A DNA stretch of 64,000 bases from an uncultured virus (IMG/VR IMGVR_UViG_3300036715_000208) (Duplodnaviria; Heunggongvirae; Uroviricota; Caudoviricetes): the IMG/VR virus record IMGVR_UViG_3300036715_000208, one strand, 5' to 3'. Shown in pieces: positions 56,059 through 64,000 of this stretch; the stretch's first letter is position 1; the number at the start of each line of letters is the position of its first letter. The notes under the pieces are model-generated. The model had not been told where the DNA came from. It saw only the letters and a list, made by a program, of their open reading frames with translations, and ran no database searches. Both the position numbers and the translations under genes were made by a program.

Positions 56059-56317
56059 GCAGACCGCTCCTTACCATTGAGAAAGTCAATGTCTGTAATA
56101 CGTTTCGTATTTCGTGAATGTTTTTTTCTAATCGTTCTACACGTGATATAATTGTATCGTATTCGATAGTCTTTATATCTCGCATTGATTTAATTTCTGA
56201 TTCTAGAGAAGTTATTTTACTTGCAAGCCAGTAGACGCATCCTCCAGCGGGGAGAAACAACACACTGATTACAAGCAGTAACTGCTCTACCGTTAATGGG
56301 TGTGTAACGGAATCCAT
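56030..56317 (-). CDS. single-TM coiled-coil protein (lysis module candidate)
   Basis: N-terminal TM helix followed by a coiled coil. Confidence 0.55.
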   Translation of the reverse strand: MDSVTHPLTVEQLLLVISVLFLPAGGCVYWLASKITSLESEIKSMRDIKTIEYDTIISRVERLEKNIHEIRNVLQTLTFSMVRSGLHVDKNDPIN

Positions 56318-56318
56318 G

Positions 56319-57737
56319 TTATGTCTGAGCCAATGTAAAGGTCATTATAATGGGAGCATCAGTTGCTCCGTTTAATAGATAGGTAGTTGGGTAACCGCCT
56401 ACAAGGACATTAGCGGCGGTTACCGATCCACTACCTAGTGATCCTGTAATTGATGGACAAACCGCAATACCACTTGGACCCAAAGTAATTTTCCTGACTA
56501 CAAAAGTATAAACTCCCGCAAGAATCTGTTCTCTGCGCCAGTAAAATGAAACTGATTTTGTAGTGGATGTGTTTGTTGCGGTAATATTATGATCTGTGTA
56601 ATTACCACTAAGCCCTAAAGAAAACGTAAGGTTTCCAATTGGTGTTGGAGCCGTGTTTGTATTCTGTGCGGCTGTACCTGAAGAAGACTTAAGACTACCA
56701 ATGCTTACAGAGGCAGCTGATAATCCAACCGTTGTGTTTACAGTACCAGTAACAAACAGATCTCCAGTTATATTGGTTGACCCATTAACGTTTAAGCTTC
56801 CGTAATTTGCTGCATTCTTAGGTCTAATGGTTATTCCATTACTATCTGTAGTATCTGCATTATTAAAAAGCTTAATAGATCTACCAGAGGCAGACATGTT
56901 TGGTTGAATAATAATATTATCTGATGCAGCATTAGCTGTTGTATCATCTGTTGTTCTAATACTACCTGTACCTGTAATTTTAAGACCATTTGCAAAAGTC
57001 TTAGCACCAGTTATAGTTTGTGTATCTGCTATGGTTGCTAGAACTGTTTTAGCTGTAGTACCAATAGCTGATAACTCAACTGGAACTGTAAAGGTAGCAG
57101 CTGTAGTAGCTACCGTAAGGCAATCTACTGGTGTACTTCCTGCATTTGTTGGAGCAATAACAATGGACTTGCTTGCGCCTTGTCCATTTAGTTTTGCACT
57201 TGAACTTAGGAAGATGTTGTTTGTAAAAGTCTTTGCTCCAGTAATGTCTTGGTTACCAGCCGTGGTTACGCCACCACCAGATACAACCCAATTATTTCCA
57301 TCCCAGATACGTAAAATACCTGTAACCGTATCATGCCACAGAAGACCTGTATCTGCTGCGTTGGGAGTTGGTTGTGAAGACTGATAGTAGATACGTCCTG
57401 CATTAAGCAAGACACCTCTTTTATTGAATGCGTTAATTAAAGTATCTGTACTTGTTCTAAACTCTAACATATTTTCTAGTTGAGTAGTAAGTGCATTTAC
57501 TTTAAGTGTTTTGTTTTCTGGATGAAAACTAAGACCAACAGCAGGAACTTGTAAGTTCTGTGTTGATACTCTATTTAAACCAACAATAGTATTATCATAG
57601 TCGGTTGCGTTTTCAAGTCCAGTATTTCCTGTGGTAATCATTGTCCAGCTATTGTTTGCTGTACTAAATCTCCACTGTATAGCTCCGTCTGTATGGGTAG
57701 AATTATCTGCTGGTGCGTTTGGAAAATTAATTGGCAT
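56319..57737 (-). CDS. tail fibre protein
   Basis: INFP N-terminus, LLWHDT..ILRIWDG and two Q.ITGAKTF fibre repeats. Confidence 0.7.
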   Translation of the reverse strand: MPINFPNAPADNSTHTDGAIQWRFSTANNSWTMITTGNTGLENATDYDNTIVGLNRVSTQNLQVPAVGLSFHPENKTLKVNALTTQLENMLEFRTSTDTLINAFNKRGVLLNAGRIYYQSSQPTPNAADTGLLWHDTVTGILRIWDGNNWVVSGGGVTTAGNQDITGAKTFTNNIFLSSSAKLNGQGASKSIVIAPTNAGSTPVDCLTVATTAATFTVPVELSAIGTTAKTVLATIADTQTITGAKTFANGLKITGTGSIRTTDDTTANAASDNIIIQPNMSASGRSIKLFNNADTTDSNGITIRPKNAANYGSLNVNGSTNITGDLFVTGTVNTTVGLSAASVSIGSLKSSSGTAAQNTNTAPTPIGNLTFSLGLSGNYTDHNITATNTSTTKSVSFYWRREQILAGVYTFVVRKITLGPSGIAVCPSITGSLGSGSVTAANVLVGGYPTTYLLNGATDAPIIMTFTLAQT

Positions 57738-57745
57738 AGATTACC

Positions 57746-58654
57746 TTATTGTGCTGGGGCCGATACGTCTACCCAATAACCAATTTCTCCGTTGGTGTTT
57801 GTTGGTAAACCAGTGTATCTATCGTCTGTTGCGTATACATATAGACGGCCATTTGTTGTATTAAACCATAGTGAACCCCACAAGAACAATCCGTTTCCAG
57901 ATGCTTCTGATCTAGTTGGTGCTGTTGAAGTAGCAAAGAAGGAACCTGGAAGTACTCCACTTGATCCTGGTCTTTGTGAAGTAGTAAGTAGAGCAGCTCC
58001 ATCTAGTGTTGCTATTCCACCCACAGCTGCAAGCTTTGCGGTTACATTGCTTGCAATTTGTGCGTCTACATAAGCCTTGGTAGCTACATCTTGTGCGCCT
58101 GTTGGGTCAGGTAGATTTGTAATTCCAAACCCAGCAGCATTCAAAGGAAACTCAAGTGGATTAAGTACAGCAAGATTATCACTGAGGAGGATTGCTTTGT
58201 TGGCGGTGTTAGTTACCTCTTGAATTAAACCAAGAAGATGTGCGGTATTTAAGTTAAGTTGATCAGCCGTAATTCTTGAACCAGTGGTCCAAGATACATA
58301 TGGTTCTGAAATAATATTAACTCTATTGATTGCAATACTTTCACCACTAACTAGAGCTGGATATGAAACAGATGTTCCATTGTCACGAATAAAGTTTGTT
58401 GATGGAGGAACTGTTATAGCTGTTATAGTTCTATTGGTTACATCAAGGGTAAGCCAAGCAGATGGAATCTGTCCCATTCTCTTGACTTCATCTACAGATA
58501 GAGAAGAACCAAAGATTGATTCAATGCCCTCTCTAAATAAAAGTAGTTGTTCCTTGTGATCAACCTGATCTATCATTGTTAGTTGTGTATAATAAAGGGT
58601 TGATGGGTATATTCCATGTGCCGATATAGTAACTGTTGTTTGATTTGTTGCCAT
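57746..58654 (-). CDS. tail fibre attachment protein, T7 gp17 N-terminus-like
   Basis: WTTGSRITADQLN...LIQE and ITNLPDPTGAQDVATKAYVD; follows tail tube B. Confidence 0.75.
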   Translation of the reverse strand: MATNQTTVTISAHGIYPSTLYYTQLTMIDQVDHKEQLLLFREGIESIFGSSLSVDEVKRMGQIPSAWLTLDVTNRTITAITVPPSTNFIRDNGTSVSYPALVSGESIAINRVNIISEPYVSWTTGSRITADQLNLNTAHLLGLIQEVTNTANKAILLSDNLAVLNPLEFPLNAAGFGITNLPDPTGAQDVATKAYVDAQIASNVTAKLAAVGGIATLDGAALLTTSQRPGSSGVLPGSFFATSTAPTRSEASGNGLFLWGSLWFNTTNGRLYVYATDDRYTGLPTNTNGEIGYWVDVSAPAQ

Positions 58655-58656
58655 AG

Positions 58657-61338
58657 TTAACTCAAAGATGTACTATTACGATTGAAGATGGTTGCAAGTT
58701 CAATCTGTGTTATGTTTGTTGGTGACAGCTTGTCGTTAATGATCCGTATTTTTACATCGTCTGAGAATCCAAACACCTTTGAAATAAACGTTCCATTAAC
58801 AGATTGGATATCAGTATTCTCTAGGTTTGTTGCGGAGAATTCAGAAACTAGTTTTGCTGTTCTTCCTCGCCGCGTTACCTCAACACGATATGTTCCAGTC
58901 TGGCTGTGTCTGGTTGTCATTGTCTTGATATTGACAGCCCCTTCGACGATATTATTATTCTGATCTCTAACATATGCTGTAGATAATTCAATAAGCATTT
59001 GAAAGGATGATCCTACATAGATCTTCTTTCCAATGTGTTCTGTAAGATCCATTCCAGAAAATACTACAATTGTGTTTGATCCACTGATAGTACAACTAGA
59101 GGCTCTAAATGTTGTTCCTTGTTCTGTAAATCCATCAGCCAATACAATATAACAATCTTGCGATGGGATAATATATGGAACAGTAATGGATGTTTCTACA
59201 GCGCGAGCTGAAACATTAAGACTTGTTATAGTTAGCTTACTTAGTGAATCCATTCTTGGTATATCTTTATCTTCTGTTTCAAGATAGTTAGATAATAAAT
59301 ACCAAGCAGCGGAAGTGGGTGTTTCTCTTTTTACAATAGCGTATATGTAATTATCCCAAGTTTTTAAACTAAAGATTGAATCACTTGGGTCAATGATGTA
59401 TCTCCAGAACGCTGATTGAATTAGTTGGTTACCATCAAACCTATTGCAATAAAGATAAATGTGATTCTTATTGTCAGCATCTACCGATAGTATATAGTTC
59501 TGTGCTACTGCGGTTGTAACATCTTGATAGTTCATTGGAAGATATCCACGAACTGTATTAGATAACTCAACAGCGGTATTGAATTCACGGCTATCTTGAT
59601 TAAGATAGATATACATTCTCTGCTTATCTAAGAAGTAGATCTGACTGCCTAGAGTCTGGGGATCAACTAGATCTGCTGTTGAATAGAATGTGGTACTTGA
59701 TACTTCTGCTGTTAGAGGAGAGATAAGATTGTTCTGTCCCTTTAATTCAAATTGAACACCACCTCTTGTATTAATAAAGAGATATGTATTGAATGGAATC
59801 ATTGCGGTTATCTCTGCATAGCTGTTGCTTGATGCACGAATATCAATAGGATCACCAACAGTTATGTTAGATGGATCCTTAATCCACAGGTCTTCAAGAA
59901 CACCCATCTGAGATGAGAACAAGATATCTCCAGATGAAAAGAATAATCTATCTCTAAAATTAGATAGTGCTGAAAGCTGAACGTGTTGTGCTTCATTATC
60001 TATGGTCATAAAAGGAGAAGGTCCAGGATTAGTTATCCTGTCACCTACGGTTCTATTAGTCCAAGCAATTGGTTCAAACTTAAAAGAACCATCAGAAAAT
60101 ACAAGACGTTGAGGCATTCTCTTAGCATCAATTACTGAACAGTAATCTGGTGAACGAACCTTTTGAGTATATGGTTTGCCCTTTCCATTTAATAACAGAG
60201 GTGCATAAAGATCAGACTCTTGAAAAGATACTATGCGGTAGAATCCTGCATCTAATGATAGATACGGAGCATCACAGTATATAATCTTTCCTCTACCATC
60301 AGCTGCTGATGTGTTAGTAGATGCGTTATAGAAAGTACTAAAGGGATCATATAGAATCTTAAGCATATCTCTTGCAGTTTGATCTAGAGGAACTGCTCCT
60401 TCCAGTGGACGAGAGTTATTAGCTATCCAGTCATTATTATCTGGTGGAAATCTAAGATCTCCAAAGTTTCTTACGGATTGACCAAGCCAAGGCTTTTCAA
60501 AATCTCCATATACAAACTCTTCTACTGGAACAAACTGAGCATTCCAGTCAGCATTAAACTCTTCACCCTCTCTTAGTACATAACCCTCATTATACATACG
60601 ACCATCAGTTGTCTTTACAACTTTTGTTGTTGTATAATAAGTAACCTTACTACCGATTGTATCTACAGTTTGAGCTTCGTGTCCGTCAAGTCCAACTTCC
60701 ATTCCAGAAGTACCGCTAGTAAATCCAGCGTATACTTTTGTATTTAAATAAATTGTGTTGGTTCCAAGTTGTAATGACTTGAGTACTTCTCTAGTGTTTC
60801 CAGTACCGTAAGTAAGGTATCGTCTTGTGTGAGAATTAATTATTCCCTTACTTAAGATAGTGTTATACTTAGAACCAATACTACCTGATCCACCTAGCTG
60901 TAAAGCTAGTTGGTAAATAATATATCTTGGATCTTGTACGTCTATGGTAGAAGAACCATCCCAAACTAACAATAAATCCTTTGGATCCCATTGTGATTCG
61001 GGTGTCTTATTTGTCCAACCAGTTTCTGTTATCTGCATTGCATATAGAATGTTTTGGGTAGGAGACACGGCGTTTCTATCAATAATAATAAGAAACCTGT
61101 TGCTTCTATCCAATTGAAACCAAGTGAAATGTGGGTTAGCACTAACTGGAAGGAATGATAAATCGTATGTTCCAGCCCCAGGAAGAATCGAAAATCCTGG
61201 TCTTTTTTCTACTGATCTTTCTAACGATACCATGCAGTTATCTAGATTCTCTGCTTGATATGGTGTTCTCTTTGTAGCTGGTTGTCTACTGACACCGCCA
61301 CTTAATGTTAGGATTCTAATTGTCCGTGGTTCAGCCAT
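58657..61338 (-). CDS. tail tubular protein B (nozzle), T7 gp12-like
   Basis: LSGGVSRQP, KRPG, W..RTVGD..NP.PSP and FRDRLFF; start moved to MAEPRT. Confidence 0.92.
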   Translation of the reverse strand: MAEPRTIRILTLSGGVSRQPATKRTPYQAENLDNCMVSLERSVEKRPGFSILPGAGTYDLSFLPVSANPHFTWFQLDRSNRFLIIIDRNAVSPTQNILYAMQITETGWTNKTPESQWDPKDLLLVWDGSSTIDVQDPRYIIYQLALQLGGSGSIGSKYNTILSKGIINSHTRRYLTYGTGNTREVLKSLQLGTNTIYLNTKVYAGFTSGTSGMEVGLDGHEAQTVDTIGSKVTYYTTTKVVKTTDGRMYNEGYVLREGEEFNADWNAQFVPVEEFVYGDFEKPWLGQSVRNFGDLRFPPDNNDWIANNSRPLEGAVPLDQTARDMLKILYDPFSTFYNASTNTSAADGRGKIIYCDAPYLSLDAGFYRIVSFQESDLYAPLLLNGKGKPYTQKVRSPDYCSVIDAKRMPQRLVFSDGSFKFEPIAWTNRTVGDRITNPGPSPFMTIDNEAQHVQLSALSNFRDRLFFSSGDILFSSQMGVLEDLWIKDPSNITVGDPIDIRASSNSYAEITAMIPFNTYLFINTRGGVQFELKGQNNLISPLTAEVSSTTFYSTADLVDPQTLGSQIYFLDKQRMYIYLNQDSREFNTAVELSNTVRGYLPMNYQDVTTAVAQNYILSVDADNKNHIYLYCNRFDGNQLIQSAFWRYIIDPSDSIFSLKTWDNYIYAIVKRETPTSAAWYLLSNYLETEDKDIPRMDSLSKLTITSLNVSARAVETSITVPYIIPSQDCYIVLADGFTEQGTTFRASSCTISGSNTIVVFSGMDLTEHIGKKIYVGSSFQMLIELSTAYVRDQNNNIVEGAVNIKTMTTRHSQTGTYRVEVTRRGRTAKLVSEFSATNLENTDIQSVNGTFISKVFGFSDDVKIRIINDKLSPTNITQIELATIFNRNSTSLS

Positions 61339-61991
61339 CAGTATCCTCCGTTCCAAAATCTCCTAGTATTATAGTATGATCTTGGATATCTTTGCATTGC
61401 CTCTGCGTTGTTTAGGATGTTCTGCTTTTTATCCGTGATATTATCTGCACGTGCTTTAATTCTAGTAAGCATTTCTTCTTGTGCTAGTACCTGATCTAGC
61501 ATCTTATCACCTTGTGTGATGATCTGATATCTACGCATTGCACTGCTTAGGATTGCTCGTTGTGTAACGGTATCCAAGTGTTCCCACTTAAGTAATGCCG
61601 TGATGGTAACATAGTAATCCGTATCGGCTTTCCATATGCTTGTCTCATCCGTCATGTTATATAGGCATGGAGGATTTGTCTCTGTTACTCTAGCTCTAAT
61701 CAATATTCTTTCGTCATTGAAGTGAGCTGAAGCAAGTGATGCCTCAAGTACTCCAAGATAATCGTTGTTAGGATAACCTAGTAAAATCTTTCCATCTGCG
61801 TCAAGAGTAAACTTCTTGACAAACTTATTCTCTGCGATTCCACGGAGCTGATGCTCCATGCTATACTGGTCTAGCAGAAACTCTGCAATACCTGTATCTA
61901 TTCCAGATGCTTCCTCTAGGTCGGCTACTAAGCTTTCCCCTGCTGATAGCATCATCATATTAACTGCGTCTAACTTTGATAAATATCCCAT
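61338..61991 (-). CDS. tail tubular protein A (adaptor), T7 gp11-like
   Basis: SKLDAVNMMMLSAGE N-terminus; follows the capsid gene. Confidence 0.9.
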   Translation of the reverse strand: MGYLSKLDAVNMMMLSAGESLVADLEEASGIDTGIAEFLLDQYSMEHQLRGIAENKFVKKFTLDADGKILLGYPNNDYLGVLEASLASAHFNDERILIRARVTETNPPCLYNMTDETSIWKADTDYYVTITALLKWEHLDTVTQRAILSSAMRRYQIITQGDKMLDQVLAQEEMLTRIKARADNITDKKQNILNNAEAMQRYPRSYYNTRRFWNGGY

Positions 61992-62019
61992 AGATGATTC
62001 CTTTCTGTTGGGGATAATG

Positions 62020-62053
62020 AAAAACCTACGCCCCCATTTAAGGGGGCATAGGC
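62020..62053 (-). terminator. T-phi-like terminator after the major capsid gene
   Basis: Minus strand GCCTATGCCCCC-TTAAAT-GGGGGCGTAGGT-TTTT. Confidence 0.85.
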
Positions 62054-62159
62054 GTATGCAACTACATACCGATGTATGTAGAGGAGATGTCTGATCACCG
62101 CAACCCTTCTGGCTAAAGTCTTTGCAAAACTAAAACAAAGAATTACGATCCCAAACCTA

Positions 62160-63560
62160 TTAGGCGTATGGGAATGAACCAGAAGCGGTATTGAGAACTT
62201 CGCGGCTGAAGTTTGCACCAAGGTTGCAACGTATACCGTGACGTGCCTTAGCAGCGGTTACACCACCAGAACCAGCACCAACTAGCCACGCGCTAAGAGT
62301 CATACCAGTAGTAGTACCAAATGAAGTTGGACCGTTAAATAGGTTTGCTAGAGCGGGACTTGATGGAGTTGCTGCTGCATAGTTAGCCTCAGTATCAATG
62401 CTAGCTGTGATAATCCAGTTTGCAGCGGTTGGCTTGACAAGCACTGCAGCACACTCTGGACGAAGAACACCAGTACCAGCCATCATGCTTGCAACGGTAA
62501 AGGTGGTGTTACGACGAATGTCATCAACAGTATCGACCTTTAGACCCTGAAACTTGAGAGAGGCAACCGCACTCTTCTGAAAGAGAAGACCACAGACACC
62601 ACAATCACCGAAGGCAAGGTTGTAACGTGCTTCACCAATACCAGTGAAGTTTGAAGTTGGAAGGTGATTGCTCTTCATGATCTTGACACCCATGTACTCA
62701 AGAGAATCAGTGATCTTATTAAGACCCTGAGTTAGGGCTGCACCAAGACCACCAGCCATTGCAACGCCACCAAACATTGGTTGCATATTTGCAGCAACGG
62801 TATCTGTACGAGCAACACCAAGAGCACGAATGTCTTGGAATGCGCGTGGTTCTACTGCAAGGTAAACCCCATCGGATGGAGCATTGATGGTCTGGAGGTA
62901 TACAACAAAATCCTCGCAAGCCTTGAGTGCTAAAAGAGCCGCTGATGATCTATCTGCAATACTTGCAGATGATAGACCAAGGTTGTAGAACATTGGTTCA
63001 AGGTATACTGGACCACACGGAATTGCGCGTGGATCGGCGGTTCCAACTGGAGAAATAGAGCCATTGTATGCAGTATTAAAGTTAAGATCCTCAGCAGCAG
63101 CACGTGCAATGTAAGCAGAGATCTGCTTGTCACGTGCGTTGCCAAGAGTCATACCAGCCTGACGCGCAAGCTCTGATCGGAACTCCCACTGGGTCTGCAT
63201 GAGGTCAACATTATCAATTTCAAAGTGAGCAGCGATTGGACGCTTGTCTAACTTGATTGCAATGGTTGCGGAAGTTGAGTCGGTGGTTGAACCAAGAAGC
63301 TCAACACCAGCGTTCCATGCAGCATTGAGGTTAACGGTTCCAGTAACTGGGAATTCCATAGCAACGCCGTTGCTGATGGTCTTAGAGTCAACAAGTGACT
63401 CGAACATATTGTACTCATCGTAAGCGTGAATGGTTTCACCGCTCCAGATGGATAACCAGAGTTTGTTAGCTCCTGCGATTGGTCCTGCTAGACCCAATGT
63501 TACGTCTGATCTGTACGGGAACTCTGCTGCTGTAATATTGTCGGCTGAATTAATAGCCAT
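62160..63560 (-). CDS. major capsid protein, T7 gp10-like, with C-terminal extension
   Basis: LWLSIWSGE, KTISNG..MEFPVTG, RSELARQAGMTL, KIMKSNHLP and GTGVLRPECA. Confidence 0.93.
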   Translation of the reverse strand: MAINSADNITAAEFPYRSDVTLGLAGPIAGANKLWLSIWSGETIHAYDEYNMFESLVDSKTISNGVAMEFPVTGTVNLNAAWNAGVELLGSTTDSTSATIAIKLDKRPIAAHFEIDNVDLMQTQWEFRSELARQAGMTLGNARDKQISAYIARAAAEDLNFNTAYNGSISPVGTADPRAIPCGPVYLEPMFYNLGLSSASIADRSSAALLALKACEDFVVYLQTINAPSDGVYLAVEPRAFQDIRALGVARTDTVAANMQPMFGGVAMAGGLGAALTQGLNKITDSLEYMGVKIMKSNHLPTSNFTGIGEARYNLAFGDCGVCGLLFQKSAVASLKFQGLKVDTVDDIRRNTTFTVASMMAGTGVLRPECAAVLVKPTAANWIITASIDTEANYAAATPSSPALANLFNGPTSFGTTTGMTLSAWLVGAGSGGVTAAKARHGIRCNLGANFSREVLNTASGSFPYA

Positions 63561-63572
63561 GTTCTATATCCT

Positions 63573-63998
63573 TTATCTGAGATTATTAAAATTAGTTCTA
63601 GACATCCGTAACTCTACGGCTTGTCTATATTTTGGATCTGTTGCAAAGCGTGGATCCGAACGCTGTGAGTAGAACTCAGCCTTACTGCCAAAGGGTAGGT
63701 TGTTGACATTAGTTGCCGAACCTTGTCCTACCTTGTTTGCAATTTGTTTTGCTGGTTCCTGAGATGTTACCTTACTAGCCTGAGCCGAATCATATTTCGA
63801 CTTAAGACCAAGCAACGTAACTTCCCATGAAGGTGTTGCTAATGCGGTATTGATGGTGATCTGATCCTGCTGCGACAGGTTCTTACTAGCCCAATCAAAT
63901 ACACGGGCAAGGTTATCCCTGCCACCTACCGTATTAGCTGCCTCTGAATAGGCATTTTGCAAGCGGGCCTTCTGTCCCTGCATGAAGTCATCAATCAC
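63573..63998 (-). CDS. capsid scaffolding protein, T7 gp9-like (5' end outside window)
   Basis: VGG......WASKNLS and F.SKAE....SDPRF.TDPKYRQAVE at the C-terminus. Confidence 0.88.
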   Translation of the reverse strand: MIDDFMQGQKARLQNAYSEAANTVGGRDNLARVFDWASKNLSQQDQITINTALATPSWEVTLLGLKSKYDSAQASKVTSQEPAKQIANKVGQGSATNVNNLPFGSKAEFYSQRSDPRFATDPKYRQAVELRMSRTNFNNLR

Positions 63999-64000
63999 AA

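Noticed and set aside
61970..62221. Alternative-frame ORF as a T7 10B-like frameshift extension
   Set aside because: No convincing slippery site, it crosses the terminator, and the sequence is not protein-like.
63497..63510. Partial promoter-motif match (atgttacgtct) inside the capsid gene
   Set aside because: Only 11 bp match, the AGG part is missing, and it lies within coding sequence.
519..63672. All plus-strand ORFs in the track
   Set aside because: They are antisense shadows of well-supported minus-strand genes, with no recognisable motifs.
1..64000. CRISPR array, integrase, intron/intein or stop-codon reassignment
   Set aside because: No spaced direct repeats and no recombinase were seen; PolA, RNR, TerL and RNAP are uninterrupted and of normal length in the standard code.

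Overview
This window is nearly the whole genome of a large T7-like podovirus (Autographiviridae-type). Essentially all genes are on the minus strand and the sequence is circularly permuted: the portal sits at the left edge, the scaffold and capsid at the right edge, and the probable genome end lies at about 26.3-26.9 kb. Reading leftward from about 26.3 kb are small early genes, a secreted cohesin+dockerin protein, the single-subunit RNA polymerase, SSB, RusA and four tRNAs. Next come ThyX, a deaminase, primase-helicase, PolA, a dNMP kinase, an exonuclease, dUTPase, a class II RNR and the portal. Reading leftward from the right edge are the scaffold, major capsid, tail tubes A/B, several fibre or appendage genes, the terminase subunits and the internal virion proteins, ending in a 4443-aa gp16-like protein. 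Main points of interest: (1) the gp16-like ejection protein looks polyvalent, with two zincin, one kinase-like and one ADP-ribosyltransferase-like module bounded by a repeated [VI][LF]NQ motif; (2) a ~220-nt GC-rich structured RNA candidate with a 6-bp loop-loop complement and its own terminator lies between terS and terL; (3) a Phycisphaerae-style dockerin protein suggests a planctomycete host; (4) the tRNAs all read A-ending codons and include a non-canonical long-variable-arm tRNA(UAU); (5) a 28-bp motif in three copies is a candidate phage promoter. All calls come from reading motifs by eye; no database searches were run.
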